Origin: an uncultured virus (IMG/VR IMGVR_UViG_3300042480_000533)
Taxonomy: Duplodnaviria > Heunggongvirae > Uroviricota > Caudoviricetes
IMG/VR virus record: IMGVR_UViG_3300042480_000533
DNA: 64,000 nucleotides
Strand: one strand, 5' to 3'
Position 1 is the stretch's first letter. Each line of letters starts with the position of its first letter. Under the pieces are notes generated by a model. The model was not told the origin of the DNA. It saw only the letters and a program-made list of their open reading frames with translations, and searched no databases. Below, piece by piece: positions 26,971 through 38,010 of the stretch. The position numbers were made by a program, and so were the translations under genes.

Positions 26971-28281
26971 ATGAGTAATTTTTCAGGTCTAACTAACGCT
27001 AACCTTTTCCCACTCGGGAACACAGCACCAAACAACCCAACCACAGCTCAGTGGCCATTGGGTGGTCAGGCTGCTAGTGGTACCTCTTCGCCTTCGGTAT
27101 CTGGTGCTAACAACCCAGATTACTGGCTTCCTCTGTGGAGCGGTGAAGTCCTCACCGCTTACTCGGAACTCAACGTATTTGAGCCACTTGTAACCACAGA
27201 AACCATTGAATCGGGTACAACCAAGCGGTTCCCCATCACTGGTACTGTAAAGGGTAAGTCCAAGTGGAATGCTGGTGAAGAGCTTGGTGGTAATGAAGGT
27301 ATTCAGACCCCAGGTTGGTTCGATATTTCATTGGATCAGCGTCCAATGGCAGCATACTTTGATCTTGACCAGATCCACCTTATGCTTACCCAATGGGACT
27401 ATCGGGCAGAACTCAGCCGTCAGGCTGGTCTCTGGCTCGCTAACACCCGCGATAAGCAGATCATCTCCATGATTGCCCAGGCTGCGTTTGCAGAAAACCG
27501 TAACCCATATGGTACTGGTCTTGCGGGTATGAACTTCTCTGGTAAGAATGCCCTTCCTGCCAGCGCAACCTTCAACTTCCTTGGTAACAGACTCGCCACA
27601 CAGACCCAGCGTACAGACGCTGCTCTGTTGCTCCTTGATTACCTAGAGCGTTACATGGTTAACCTCCAGGAAGTCGATGTTCCATCAGGCGAGATCTACT
27701 GTGCCGTCACCCCCCAGGCTTTCCAGGACATCCGTGCTCTTGGTATCGCCCGTGACGCTACAGGTCTCGTTGGTGGTGCTGGTCGTCCATACTTCGGCGG
27801 TGTTGCCGAGGCTGGCGGTCTTGGTGCTTCCTTGTCACAAGGCATGATGAACATCATGGATTCACTTGAGTACATGGGTGTCAAGATCATTAAGACCAAC
27901 CACATTGGCGAGGGTCCCACTGGTCTTTACGGTAACCGTATTCTTGATTCTGGTACCGCAGCTGCAAGAACAATCAGCACTTCTACGGGTATTGTTACTG
28001 CTGTAGGCACCGTAAATGACATCGGTGATCCTAAGTACAACTTTGACTTTGCCCAGAGAACAGCTGGTTCTGGCTCACAAGCGACCAAGCCAATCAAGGC
28101 ATTGCTTTGGCAGCGTAACGGTGTATGTTCGTTGCGTCTCCAGGGCATGCAGACCGAGTCCGTCAAGGACACCAGACGTGGTACTTACTTTACCGTAAGC
28201 TCCATCATGGCGGGTGCTGGCATCCTGCGTCCAGAAGTCTGTGGCGCAATCCAGGGTGATACTACCGCTTCCTTGGCTTAA
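26971..28281 (+). CDS. Major capsid protein (gp10-like)
   Basis: L..WSGEVLTAY, TI.SG...FP.TG, DYRAE.S.Q.G..LA...D, G.GILRPE; followed by a strong terminator. Confidence 0.93.
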   Translation: MSNFSGLTNANLFPLGNTAPNNPTTAQWPLGGQAASGTSSPSVSGANNPDYWLPLWSGEVLTAYSELNVFEPLVTTETIESGTTKRFPITGTVKGKSKWNAGEELGGNEGIQTPGWFDISLDQRPMAAYFDLDQIHLMLTQWDYRAELSRQAGLWLANTRDKQIISMIAQAAFAENRNPYGTGLAGMNFSGKNALPASATFNFLGNRLATQTQRTDAALLLLDYLERYMVNLQEVDVPSGEIYCAVTPQAFQDIRALGIARDATGLVGGAGRPYFGGVAEAGGLGASLSQGMMNIMDSLEYMGVKIIKTNHIGEGPTGLYGNRILDSGTAAARTISTSTGIVTAVGTVNDIGDPKYNFDFAQRTAGSGSQATKPIKALLWQRNGVCSLRLQGMQTESVKDTRRGTYFTVSSIMAGAGILRPEVCGAIQGDTTASLA

Positions 28282-28298
28282 TCAAACATTTTAACTAG

Positions 28299-28335
28299 TA
28301 CCTAGGGGGTCGAAAGGCCCCCTAGGTATTTTTTT
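28299..28335 (+). terminator. Intrinsic terminator after the capsid gene (T-phi position)
   Basis: TACCTAGGGGGTC-GAAA-GGCCCCCTAGGTA followed by T7. Confidence 0.9.
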
Positions 28336-28347
28336 CACGGAGGTTTA

Positions 28348-29007
28348 ATGGGAATCTACAGCTATAAAGACGCAGTTAACCACATGCTATTGTCATCTGG
28401 GGAACATCTAGTTTCAGATCTTAACCAAGACTCTGGAGTAGATACCCAGGTAGCCGAATTTATCCTTAACCAGACAATAAAAAGCACAGTAATGAGAGGC
28501 GTGGCAAACAACAGGTTTGTCAATGAGTATACTCCAGATAATACAGGCAAGATTAACTTGCCGACCGATGCTTGTTATGCTCAGGTTGTTGAACCTCTGT
28601 ACGATCCATCGACGGGGGAGGTGATCCAAACTACACTTAAGTCCAATCCTACAAGGTTGTTCAACATCACCAAGCAGACGGATGTGTTTGACAAGAAGTT
28701 AAAGATAGAGGTTATTGTTCTTCTAGGTAACGAAGCCGCCAATTATGGTTGGGATGACATCGACTCTCCGCTACAGAGAGCAATCATGGAAATGGCTGCT
28801 AGAGAGTACCAAATGACAACCCAAGGTGATCTAGAGATTGACAAGCGTATGGCTATGCGAGAACAATACCATATGTCCAGGGGTCGCGCATCTGATATCT
28901 TTAAAAAGAACAGATCTATTTTCCTTGGTGATAACGGAACAGCCGCAGCCGTAAGTAGAGGTGGCATCCTATCTAGAGACCCATATTACACAAGAACGAG
29001 GTTCTAA
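28348..29007 (+). CDS. Tail tubular protein A (gp11-like)
   Basis: DAVN.ML...GE..V, I...AAR.YQ...GD, and position. Confidence 0.88.
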   Translation: MGIYSYKDAVNHMLLSSGEHLVSDLNQDSGVDTQVAEFILNQTIKSTVMRGVANNRFVNEYTPDNTGKINLPTDACYAQVVEPLYDPSTGEVIQTTLKSNPTRLFNITKQTDVFDKKLKIEVIVLLGNEAANYGWDDIDSPLQRAIMEMAAREYQMTTQGDLEIDKRMAMREQYHMSRGRASDIFKKNRSIFLGDNGTAAAVSRGGILSRDPYYTRTRF

Positions 29008-31661
29008 TGCCAAATACTCGACTGATAATTAATTCTCTTAGTGGTGGTGTGGCTAGGCAAGCACCTACAAAACGACTAGTAACTGAAGCAGAAAACCTTG
29101 ATAATTGCTTAATCACTCTAGAACGATCAGTCGAAAAGAGACCTCCACTTACAAGGGTAACAGCAGATAATGGATCATCATATTTGCAGATAAATAATGT
29201 AGAAGCTCCTGTTGGGTTTAATGACGATAACCTATACTTTCATTTTATCGACGTAGATGGGTTTAATAGGTATTGTGTGGTTATTAACCGTGCTGGTTCA
29301 CCAGTAAACCCATATACCGAAACTAATTTTTTTAATAATCTTTCTGCTTCAAACTTTATTTCAGTTTACAGAATAGAACCAACAGAATGGATAAGAGAAA
29401 CAGTGGATTCTAGTTCGGCTAATTTTAATAGGGGTATGTATGAATACCTTACTTTTGGTTCTCGTGATACAACCCAGTCTTATAGGATAGCTAATGAATC
29501 TAAGACAGTTTCACCTACTCAAATAAAAAACACATTTGGTAGTATTGATTTTGAAGTTGGTTTAATCCTTTGGAATAAACTAATCGATACTGGGTATTTA
29601 CCTGATAACTCACAAGTAGACCTTGTAAGCCCCGCAAACTGGGTGTCTAACGCAAACTCAGTTATTCACTCGGGAGATACTATAAATTACAAAACAAGCA
29701 TCAGCCCTCAGGGAGTTACTTCTAATCTTGAGGATTTGATTAACGATGCTTTGTATTGGACCAATGTGCGGGATAACATTGAGTTTGTCATTAACCCGGG
29801 TACTCAGGAAGAAGAGGAAGAAGGTCAAAGCCTTAATGACTTTAGCGTTATTCCGCAATACCCAGCCAGTGAAGTAAAGGCAGACGTTAGCGATGCAAAC
29901 GGTTTTAAAGCTCAAAGAATGTTAAAAGATTACTATGATTTTCCAAATAAAATCACAACACCAAACAACCCAGATTGGTCTTCTGGTGACTATGGTCAAG
30001 TAACATCTCCCTTTTTACCGCTTGAAAGAGAAATAGACAGCAATACCTATAGGGGTTTTGGGAAAGTTTACTTTACAAGAAATCCGTATCTTTCTTTTCC
30101 TGCTGGGTTTTATAGAGCAACTAGGTATTCAAAAAACCCTTACTTTGAGAGAGTTAGATCAGAAAGCCCAAACTCTGTTGTAGACCACAGACGAATGCCT
30201 TTGATTATTTACAAAGATTTTTCTGATAACGGTGTTTGGAAAATAAGGCATATGCCTATGTTGCCAAGAAGATCTGGAACAGAACTAAGTAATCCAGGTT
30301 TAACAGGGTTTAAAAAGAAAGAGAAAATTCAATCAATGGCAGTTTGGAAAAATAGACTTTGGATTGCTATGGACAACTCATTGGCAGCATCTGTTTCTGG
30401 TAGTTTCTTTGACTTTTGGATTAATGATGTCAATGCGGTAAGTGAAACAGATCCAATTGATGTTCAAGCTTCTGTTGGTAGTTATAACCGACTTAGTCAT
30501 ATTGTGCCATTCCAACAAATCTTATTTGTGTTGTCATCTGGTTCGGTACAATTTGAGGTAAGGGGTGGTTCTGTTGATGTAGGTATTTCTCCGTTTAACG
30601 TAGAGTTTAGACCCACTTCTTTCTTTAGTACAGCAAAGCTAGTCATGCCTCAAAAGATGGCAAACAATGTGTTTTTTATGGACTCAAGAAAAATGTACAT
30701 GTACCTTAGTGGTTCTGGTTTTTCAGACGAGTTCTCAACATCAATGGAAATGACGCACCATTGCAAAGATTATTTGCCTTTAAATTTTGGATCTATAACA
30801 GTTTCTTCTGCAAACAACACTATTGTAATGGTTGACGAATCCACAAAAAACTATTTGTATTTCTTTACCTTTAGAACAAACGGTGAAAAAATATCTCAAA
30901 ATGCTTTTTACAGGTGGATTTTAGATGATCAAGATTCAATCATAGGTGCTAAGTGTTACGAGAAAGACATGTATTTAATTTCTCAAAGAACTAAAGCAGA
31001 TTCTTCTAAGAGTTTAAACGTATATTTCGTGTCTATGGAAACTGTCCCAGTTACGACTCCTATGATTGACTGGTTAACAGAAGTAACTGGCACATACAGT
31101 AACAACCAAACAACGTTTGTATTGCCACACTATGACCCTAAAATTGATACATTGGTAAGAGGCCCTGCTTGGGGTACGCAAGCTTACGAAGCAAAATACC
31201 TCACATCAGCCAACATCTCTACTAATCTTTCTGGTAATACTGTAGTAACAATAGCTGGTAACTTTAGTCAACACTCAGTGTTTGTTGGAAGATCGTATGA
31301 AATGGTCGTAGAACTTTCACAACAAGTTCAAAGATCTCAAGATCAAAGTCAAGTCTACGAAGGTGTTCTTAACCTAAAGACAATGATAACACGACACTAC
31401 AATAGTGGGTCTTATGATATTGAAGTCGTTAGACAAGCTAGAACACCAAGCAAGGTTACTTTTTACCCGTTTTTTGTTAACAGCATGTTGTCAAGAACAG
31501 ATGAACTAAAGCTTGATAGCGGTGGTAAGCATCAATCTAAAGTTCTTGCTTACTCAGAAAACGTGAAGTTGTTACTAAAATCAAAGTACCCAACACCTTG
31601 TAACATTACAAATATCGAAATCCTTGGTAATTTTAAACCAAAGAATACAGCTATTGAATAA
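29007..31661 (+). CDS. Tail tubular protein B (gp12-like)
   Basis: I.SL.GGV..Q...R, KRPP, R..G....NP, KNRL, DPID, Q.AF.RW. Confidence 0.92.
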   Translation: MPNTRLIINSLSGGVARQAPTKRLVTEAENLDNCLITLERSVEKRPPLTRVTADNGSSYLQINNVEAPVGFNDDNLYFHFIDVDGFNRYCVVINRAGSPVNPYTETNFFNNLSASNFISVYRIEPTEWIRETVDSSSANFNRGMYEYLTFGSRDTTQSYRIANESKTVSPTQIKNTFGSIDFEVGLILWNKLIDTGYLPDNSQVDLVSPANWVSNANSVIHSGDTINYKTSISPQGVTSNLEDLINDALYWTNVRDNIEFVINPGTQEEEEEGQSLNDFSVIPQYPASEVKADVSDANGFKAQRMLKDYYDFPNKITTPNNPDWSSGDYGQVTSPFLPLEREIDSNTYRGFGKVYFTRNPYLSFPAGFYRATRYSKNPYFERVRSESPNSVVDHRRMPLIIYKDFSDNGVWKIRHMPMLPRRSGTELSNPGLTGFKKKEKIQSMAVWKNRLWIAMDNSLAASVSGSFFDFWINDVNAVSETDPIDVQASVGSYNRLSHIVPFQQILFVLSSGSVQFEVRGGSVDVGISPFNVEFRPTSFFSTAKLVMPQKMANNVFFMDSRKMYMYLSGSGFSDEFSTSMEMTHHCKDYLPLNFGSITVSSANNTIVMVDESTKNYLYFFTFRTNGEKISQNAFYRWILDDQDSIIGAKCYEKDMYLISQRTKADSSKSLNVYFVSMETVPVTTPMIDWLTEVTGTYSNNQTTFVLPHYDPKIDTLVRGPAWGTQAYEAKYLTSANISTNLSGNTVVTIAGNFSQHSVFVGRSYEMVVELSQQVQRSQDQSQVYEGVLNLKTMITRHYNSGSYDIEVVRQARTPSKVTFYPFFVNSMLSRTDELKLDSGGKHQSKVLAYSENVKLLLKSKYPTPCNITNIEILGNFKPKNTAIE

Positions 31662-31670
31662 GGAGAAACC

Positions 31671-34600
31671 ATGCCAAGCTACAGTTACACAAGTGGGGTA
31701 CCAATTGGTATTTCGGCTTTAAACCCAACTACAGGTCAGTTTATAGAAGTAGTTTTTTCTGCCAATGGTACTACATATTCTTACAGTTGTGTTGCATGGT
31801 TACCAGAAATTCCCATTGAAGATCAAGTGCTTGTGTTTACAAGACCCAGCTCTATTGGACCAGAAACGTCTCTTATTAATGGAACAGACTTTCAGTTTGG
31901 TCCTAATGAATCTATTGCACTAAACACAACTCCTTCTGGTGAAGTTGTCATTAGGCGCAGTACAGACCTGTCAAAAATGGTCTTTAGTTATACCGATGGT
32001 GCCAAATTGTCTGCAAAACAACTCAATGCAACCATGCATCAGTTGTTGTTTATTGCCCAAGAAAAAGCTAACTTTGCGACAAACATCCAAAACTTTTATC
32101 CAGTTTCTATTGTAGCTTCAGCATGGAATAGTGGAACTTCGTACAACGTAAATGACGTGGTTATTTACAATGGGACTATTTACATTGCCCAGAGTGGACC
32201 ACAAAGTAACAACATTCCGTCTTCTTCACCGTCTGTATGGAAAGCACAAAACCAACTGTCTAATGGCTTTTACATTACTGGTTACAACCAGCCAGTAAAC
32301 TTTGATCTGACCTCTATGCAAGAAAACCAAACGCTTGTATGGAGCGAAGCACTTAAGAAATTTGTGTCTGGCTTTGCCATCAACTCTTCAGACAATCTTT
32401 CTGATTTTGAGTTAAATAATCCAACTAACAACCAAGTACTAGGTTACCTAAACTCTAAGTGGCGAAACAGAACAGTAGAATGGACACCTAGCTTGTTTGG
32501 CTCAGATCTTGTGTTTTCAAAACACATTTTTACTAGTGTAATGTCTTCTTTTGCTGATAACGAAATAGTATTACCAGGCTATTTAGCTGACTTCAATAGA
32601 GCACAGAATGAACAAATTATGCCTAACGCATCTACTGTTTATCACTTGCTCAAGAAATCTATCCCAAACGAAGAAGACCCAAAAACCTATTTCCTAAATG
32701 TTAATACCCAATTAAACGCAGCTGTTCAAAATCTAAAAAATCCTGTAAAAGCAAAACTAGAATGGGATTTAGCCTACGGCGCAAAAACTCAACGAACAGA
32801 AACAAACAGTGAATCCTTGCACGGACCTTACTCTGCGTTTTGGGATCACCCAAATGAACTATACAGTCCAGTTGGAAATTCAGATGTTTGGTTCCACAGT
32901 GTAAAAGAAGGTGCTATTAGATACCGAATTTCTCCCTGGTGGTCGTACACGTCTCCAGACGGTTCTCCAACTACAGTTGAAAACCTAGAGCCAAAAATCC
33001 ATGGCTATGGTATTGAGAATTTTTACCTAAGTATTCCTGACTCTTGCACATCAGGTTTTTATATACCAACAGTAAAGCCAGATGGAAACTTTTCTTTAGT
33101 AAGTGACCTAAGTTCTATAGACGAACTAACCAGCAACGTAGCAATTGGAGGTGTTTACAAAGATTTATACCTTAGTGCATTACGAGATCTAGCTTTTGCT
33201 TCTGCACGACCAGAAACCACAGCAATTCCATCTACTGGTGACGATCTAAAGGTACGCGACAGCAAAACAAGAATGTGCAAGGGTTTACTTATCCAAGCAA
33301 ACTACAATAGCTTTTCTAACATTTCATTTAAACGACTAGAGCAAGCTTCTGAAGATGCTTCACAATGTGTGTTTAAAATCCCAGAACAAATAATTTACTA
33401 TAGTACAGCTGCATTAGCTTTAGCTAACAAATCACTTAGTTACAACTACATAACAACAACGGATGTAGCTGGTCTACGAAACACTGTACGCTTTCAGGGC
33501 TTTGGGGGGTTAGCACCAAATACAACCCTTACAGAAAGCAAAGTAAAAACAGAAAGACATTTGTCATCTAAACCAATGGGTTATTACTACAAAGCAAATA
33601 GTTTTTGGTCTGAGTGGTGTCAACGATGGTCTACGGACACAAGTAATAACTATTTCCAAAAATTTAATGAAGCTGATGTTGATTGGGCCGTGTGGGATAT
33701 CAGCAACACATCTATTAGTCATTTTGATACTTTAGGATCTGTTTTGTTCGATTGGAACACAGTTAGTTTAGGGCAAAGTGACGGTCCGCTTAATAATAGA
33801 TTCCCAGCAAGTAGGTTTTATCCGTGGTCTTTTAGACCAAACCAAGTTAACATCCTAGACTCTGGAACCAGACAAGTTGGTACGCATCTTCTTAATATTG
33901 ATGCAAACACCATCTTTTCTTCTTCTTCGAGTTTTGTCCCTGACCCAGTAGATACCTATGTCTTTAGAGTAGTATTACCACCAAACATTACTGCTGCTTA
34001 CTTTACCGAAACAGTACCTGGGTCAAAACCAAAAATTAACTCTGCTGTTTTGTTAGAGTATGGTTTTAGAGAAAACTCTGAATCTGGGTCTGTTGTACCT
34101 ATAGGCAATGATAAAAAGAAACTGTATCCAGCGATGAACGCAGATATTGGAGCATCAAATATCATTAGCTCAAAGATTAAAAGCAGACTTGATAAATCAA
34201 AAGTAGTTTGTCGTGTTTTATCAGAACAACTTGAATCAGATATAAGCAATGTCAATATTTTACGGTATGTTATTAGGATTGCAATTTCAATTCCAAGGCT
34301 TAAATCAATTGGTTACAGCAAAGTATTTAGAAAGTTTGCTACCGGATCGACCAATACAAACTACCCAACAAGAGATAGCGGTACAAGTAATGACATAGAA
34401 ATTGATAGCGGTCCGTGGAATTTTAATCTAGATATGCCATTGGGTAGTTACCAAAACAGCAATTTAGCTACTGACTCTACCCTTTCTGGTCTAAATTGGG
34501 ATATTGACAAAAGCAGTAGCTTAATTTCCACCTATTGCTATTTGAGATATGCAACTGAAGGAGAGTATAATTACGACAATATCCAAAACCTTGTGGCTGG

Positions 34601-34733
34601 GCGTAATGAGTGTGCTGTTAAATTTACAAGGCTAGGAATTCCGTCAGATTTTTGGTTAAGACTTTCCATCCTTAACACCGATGCTTCTGTTAGTTTTGTT
34701 GACCCCGACACACTTGATTTTACAGGAGAGTAA
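31671..34733 (+). CDS. Tail fibre/spike with gp17-like N-terminal anchor
   Basis: IRRST....Y.DGA.L....LN....QLLFIAQE anchor, then a CBM-like AWNSGTSYNVNDVVIYNG segment. Confidence 0.85.
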   Translation: MPSYSYTSGVPIGISALNPTTGQFIEVVFSANGTTYSYSCVAWLPEIPIEDQVLVFTRPSSIGPETSLINGTDFQFGPNESIALNTTPSGEVVIRRSTDLSKMVFSYTDGAKLSAKQLNATMHQLLFIAQEKANFATNIQNFYPVSIVASAWNSGTSYNVNDVVIYNGTIYIAQSGPQSNNIPSSSPSVWKAQNQLSNGFYITGYNQPVNFDLTSMQENQTLVWSEALKKFVSGFAINSSDNLSDFELNNPTNNQVLGYLNSKWRNRTVEWTPSLFGSDLVFSKHIFTSVMSSFADNEIVLPGYLADFNRAQNEQIMPNASTVYHLLKKSIPNEEDPKTYFLNVNTQLNAAVQNLKNPVKAKLEWDLAYGAKTQRTETNSESLHGPYSAFWDHPNELYSPVGNSDVWFHSVKEGAIRYRISPWWSYTSPDGSPTTVENLEPKIHGYGIENFYLSIPDSCTSGFYIPTVKPDGNFSLVSDLSSIDELTSNVAIGGVYKDLYLSALRDLAFASARPETTAIPSTGDDLKVRDSKTRMCKGLLIQANYNSFSNISFKRLEQASEDASQCVFKIPEQIIYYSTAALALANKSLSYNYITTTDVAGLRNTVRFQGFGGLAPNTTLTESKVKTERHLSSKPMGYYYKANSFWSEWCQRWSTDTSNNYFQKFNEADVDWAVWDISNTSISHFDTLGSVLFDWNTVSLGQSDGPLNNRFPASRFYPWSFRPNQVNILDSGTRQVGTHLLNIDANTIFSSSSSFVPDPVDTYVFRVVLPPNITAAYFTETVPGSKPKINSAVLLEYGFRENSESGSVVPIGNDKKKLYPAMNADIGASNIISSKIKSRLDKSKVVCRVLSEQLESDISNVNILRYVIRIAISIPRLKSIGYSKVFRKFATGSTNTNYPTRDSGTSNDIEIDSGPWNFNLDMPLGSYQNSNLATDSTLSGLNWDIDKSSSLISTYCYLRYATEGEYNYDNIQNLVAGRNECAVKFTRLGIPSDFWLRLSILNTDASVSFVDPDTLDFTGE

Positions 34734-34735
34734 TT

Positions 34736-35005
34736 ATGACTAGAAAAAGGACTAGTAATCCACAACCTTACATGGTTCAATGGTTTCAGTTGATTGTATT
34801 GGCCATTGGTGTTGGTGGGTTTTTTGTAGACCTAGGTAAAAGAACTCAAGTCTTAGATAAGACAACTCAAGATCTTGCTGAGCTTAGGTTAATTGTGCAA
34901 GACCTAGTAAAAGCACAAATACAAGTATCATCTAATGATGCAGCCCATAGAACAATGCTTGATGACTTAAAAGCAAGGGTTGTTGAACTGGAGAAAAGAC
35001 GATGA
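34736..35005 (+). CDS. Membrane protein, holin-like
   Basis: One N-terminal hydrophobic helix plus a coiled coil. Confidence 0.55.
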   Translation: MTRKRTSNPQPYMVQWFQLIVLAIGVGGFFVDLGKRTQVLDKTTQDLAELRLIVQDLVKAQIQVSSNDAAHRTMLDDLKARVVELEKRR

Positions 35006-35556
35006 AGAGATTTCTTTTGGTTGTAATAGCTTTCTTCGCAGCTTGCACATCTCCCGTAAAGGAAATTGCCAAGGATGCAACCAAGGTATCAGACCTTGCA
35101 AACTCCTCTCACCAAAGGTTTGAGGATATTGATTTGGCCACTAGGAACGAGTTTATAGATGTCAAATCAATCCAGGAAAATACCAAGGAAGGAATGGAAG
35201 AACAAAAAACCATTATAGAAATCACTAAGAGTACCTTGGTAAACCTTACAAAGGTAGAAGATAAAGTTCCATGGTGGTCTACTATGATTGTTTATGTAAT
35301 GGTTGGCCTGAGCATCCTAGGTAGTTGTTTCTTGTTATGGTATCTGGGTATTGGTCACCTTACCAAGGCGTTGTTTATGCGCCTAGGATGGGTCTCTTCT
35401 AAGAAAATGGACCAGGCTTCCTTGTTAACCGAGGCACTGGATAAGTCAAGCAAGACTACGGTAGAGGAAGCCGTGGCGGTTCTCAGGGCGGAAGACCCAG
35501 AACTAAATCAAGCCTTTAAGAAAATCAAGCGAGGAAAAAATGCCAATTCAAAATGA
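35002..35556 (+). CDS. Lipoprotein with an internal TM helix (spanin-like)
   Basis: Signal and lipobox MKRFLLVVIAFFAAC; TM segment WWSTMIVYVMVGLSILGSCFLLWYLGI. Confidence 0.6.
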   Translation: MKRFLLVVIAFFAACTSPVKEIAKDATKVSDLANSSHQRFEDIDLATRNEFIDVKSIQENTKEGMEEQKTIIEITKSTLVNLTKVEDKVPWWSTMIVYVMVGLSILGSCFLLWYLGIGHLTKALFMRLGWVSSKKMDQASLLTEALDKSSKTTVEEAVAVLRAEDPELNQAFKKIKRGKNANSK

Positions 35557-37975
35557 TCTGACACATCTCGGTAAGGTAGTATCCAAAGACAACCCATTAC
35601 CAACTGTTAGTGGGAACTTTATTTCAAAGTTTCGTGAGTCTTTTGAGGATTATCCAAATCCCTTTGTATGGGAAGAGAAAAGAACAAATGCTACTGACGA
35701 CATCGTGATTGCCGATGGCAACTGTGTCGGTGCGAGTTATCTGGTAATCTCAAAGGATCCATGGTCAGCTGATTCGGAAATCACAATTACCAGTAAGCAA
35801 AAGTTTTCTTTGCCACTTGATCTAACAGTCGGTTTGCACGCATCCCAAAGAGTGTTTGGTCAGGAAATGGTAGTTGAGGTTGTGGATGAAGAGCTTGTAC
35901 CGAATTTCCCTGTTAGTTTGAATATCACATCGTTTGTCCATAGTACTACCGCAATAACCATAACCACGCAAACAGCGCATAATCTTGCTGTTGGTTCGCG
36001 TGTTCAAATCAGCGGCGTACCAGATTCACGTTTCAATTATCCAGCGTTGGTTGTCAGTGCTATATTGACTCCAAATCAAGTTTCACTGGTTGGTGCCTCT
36101 GGTTATACCATACCCTCCATTAACCAGACCTATAACTTTAGTAGCGCCCCATACCCACAGCTAGGTAGTAGATCTGCCTTAGGTGGTTCTCAGAACGGAA
36201 CTAGCATGATCTTGGAAAACGCAACGGCTACCAACGCTGCGTTCTTCATTAGATCTGAAGCTGGTGACGTTCTTCCATCTGGCGTAGTCCTTGGAAACCA
36301 TTCCGTGACTACACTTAGCACGGCATCTGTTCAGGCCGCTGGCAACATTCTTGGTGCTTACTCGTTTGTCCCAACAACTCAGTACAACCTATTGATAATG
36401 GGTGATCGACTTCAGTGGACTAACTCCACGATTGATGCCGTCACCGCTGCGTCTTTGTTGGTAAACAGAACCCAAGTTATTCCTTCGCTGCTGAAGGACT
36501 ACTCTTTGCGTTTTCGGGTAACAAACGCAAAGGACATTACAAGACCAGTTGCAAAAATTACCTCAATTGTAAAGAACGGCAGCACCACGGCTACGGTCAC
36601 ATGCGATAGACCACACGGATTGAATGCTCTTTCTAGGGTTACCATTTACGGTGTTTCGGACCAAGCAGCCGCAAGCTTTCCAAACCTTACTACAGCAACG
36701 GATATCACAGCTGTAACTACTAATACCTTTAACGTTGTAATTGGTACTGCAGCTACAATTAGCTCTTTTGGTGGTATTGTCTCAGTAGTCCATGGTAATA
36801 ATCTTCCTTCTTCGCTTGGTTACAACCCAGCAGATCAGGTAAGTGCTGCCCTGGCAACTAGTAGCGTAGACAGCCGCAAACGGGTTACTTTAATTTCTGC
36901 AGCAAACTGGACTCTTCTTTCAATCGGTGATTACGTAAACCTTGCTGGTTTTAGGTCGTCAACTGCGGATCTTGGCATTGATGGTGTTTATAAGGTTGAG
37001 AATATTAGCACAACCTCTCTGGTCTTGTTGCCCCTTACTAGCGCATTTGAAGCATCATTGCCAGCCGATTTTTTAACAACAAACTGCGGCGGTCAGGTAA
37101 TCAAGAGAACAGATCTTCGTATTTCCTACGCAAGATTCTTTGACTTTGCAAGACAGCGTGTTGAATTTGTACAAAGGACAGGCGCGGATGCAATCAACGC
37201 ACTTCCTGTGGTTCTTGCCGCAAACCCAACCGTAACTCTTACCTCCACAGCTGTAGCTGGTACAGTCGCGGTCGATGCTGCTATCGGTAACCCAGTCACC
37301 GTTGGTCTAAGAGCATCCAATGCTAACATTACAGCAATGAGCGCGACTGGTGACTCAGTTGGTTGGCTTGGTACAATGATTGGCGCTGGTATTGTAAAGA
37401 ACTTTAGTTTACCAGAAACAGATTGGCAAACCCCATCCATTGCTGGCGGTTTGGTTAATACCGCCGTACCTTTGGTGGTTAAAGAAGCCGCTGGTGCTGG
37501 TATTAGAAACTATGTTACTGGTATTGATCTTTACGCGGAAGCTGGAACAGCGACAGATCTACGAATCCGAGAACCAGACCTAACATGCTCTTCACAAACC
37601 ATTAACGCAAACACATTGACAACTTCAGCAACTCACAACCTTTCTGTGGGTGATGCTGTTGTATTTACTGCAAGCACAGTCACAGGTATAACGGCGTCCA
37701 CCGTTACTTATTTTGTTTTGACAACTGGTGCTAATACACTAACTCTTTCAGCTACACGCGGTGGTGGTGTTTTAAGTATCTCGGGAGCAAACGTCACTGC
37801 AACATTCAACAAAATTCTTTGGCAAACCCGTTTACCAACAACAGCAACAGCGCATCGTCATATTGCATTCCCAACACCATTGCGTGGTTCTGTTAACACA
37901 TCGGTACAACTTCAGACAGTAACATCATCGACTGGTGGCGTTTGGGTTAATTTCCAGGGCTATGTTGCCCCATAA
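35540..37975 (+). CDS. Tail-associated structural protein with repeated beta domains
   Basis: Thr/Ala-rich; repeated T..xH.L..G..V.I motif (TAHNLAVGSRVQI, RPHGLNALSRVTI, ATHNLSVGDAVVF). Confidence 0.7.
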   Translation: MPIQNDLTHLGKVVSKDNPLPTVSGNFISKFRESFEDYPNPFVWEEKRTNATDDIVIADGNCVGASYLVISKDPWSADSEITITSKQKFSLPLDLTVGLHASQRVFGQEMVVEVVDEELVPNFPVSLNITSFVHSTTAITITTQTAHNLAVGSRVQISGVPDSRFNYPALVVSAILTPNQVSLVGASGYTIPSINQTYNFSSAPYPQLGSRSALGGSQNGTSMILENATATNAAFFIRSEAGDVLPSGVVLGNHSVTTLSTASVQAAGNILGAYSFVPTTQYNLLIMGDRLQWTNSTIDAVTAASLLVNRTQVIPSLLKDYSLRFRVTNAKDITRPVAKITSIVKNGSTTATVTCDRPHGLNALSRVTIYGVSDQAAASFPNLTTATDITAVTTNTFNVVIGTAATISSFGGIVSVVHGNNLPSSLGYNPADQVSAALATSSVDSRKRVTLISAANWTLLSIGDYVNLAGFRSSTADLGIDGVYKVENISTTSLVLLPLTSAFEASLPADFLTTNCGGQVIKRTDLRISYARFFDFARQRVEFVQRTGADAINALPVVLAANPTVTLTSTAVAGTVAVDAAIGNPVTVGLRASNANITAMSATGDSVGWLGTMIGAGIVKNFSLPETDWQTPSIAGGLVNTAVPLVVKEAAGAGIRNYVTGIDLYAEAGTATDLRIREPDLTCSSQTINANTLTTSATHNLSVGDAVVFTASTVTGITASTVTYFVLTTGANTLTLSATRGGGVLSISGANVTATFNKILWQTRLPTTATAHRHIAFPTPLRGSVNTSVQLQTVTSSTGGVWVNFQGYVAP

Positions 37976-38010
37976 CCAGACCCCATGGGTCGTATTTACA
38001 GGAGTAAACT

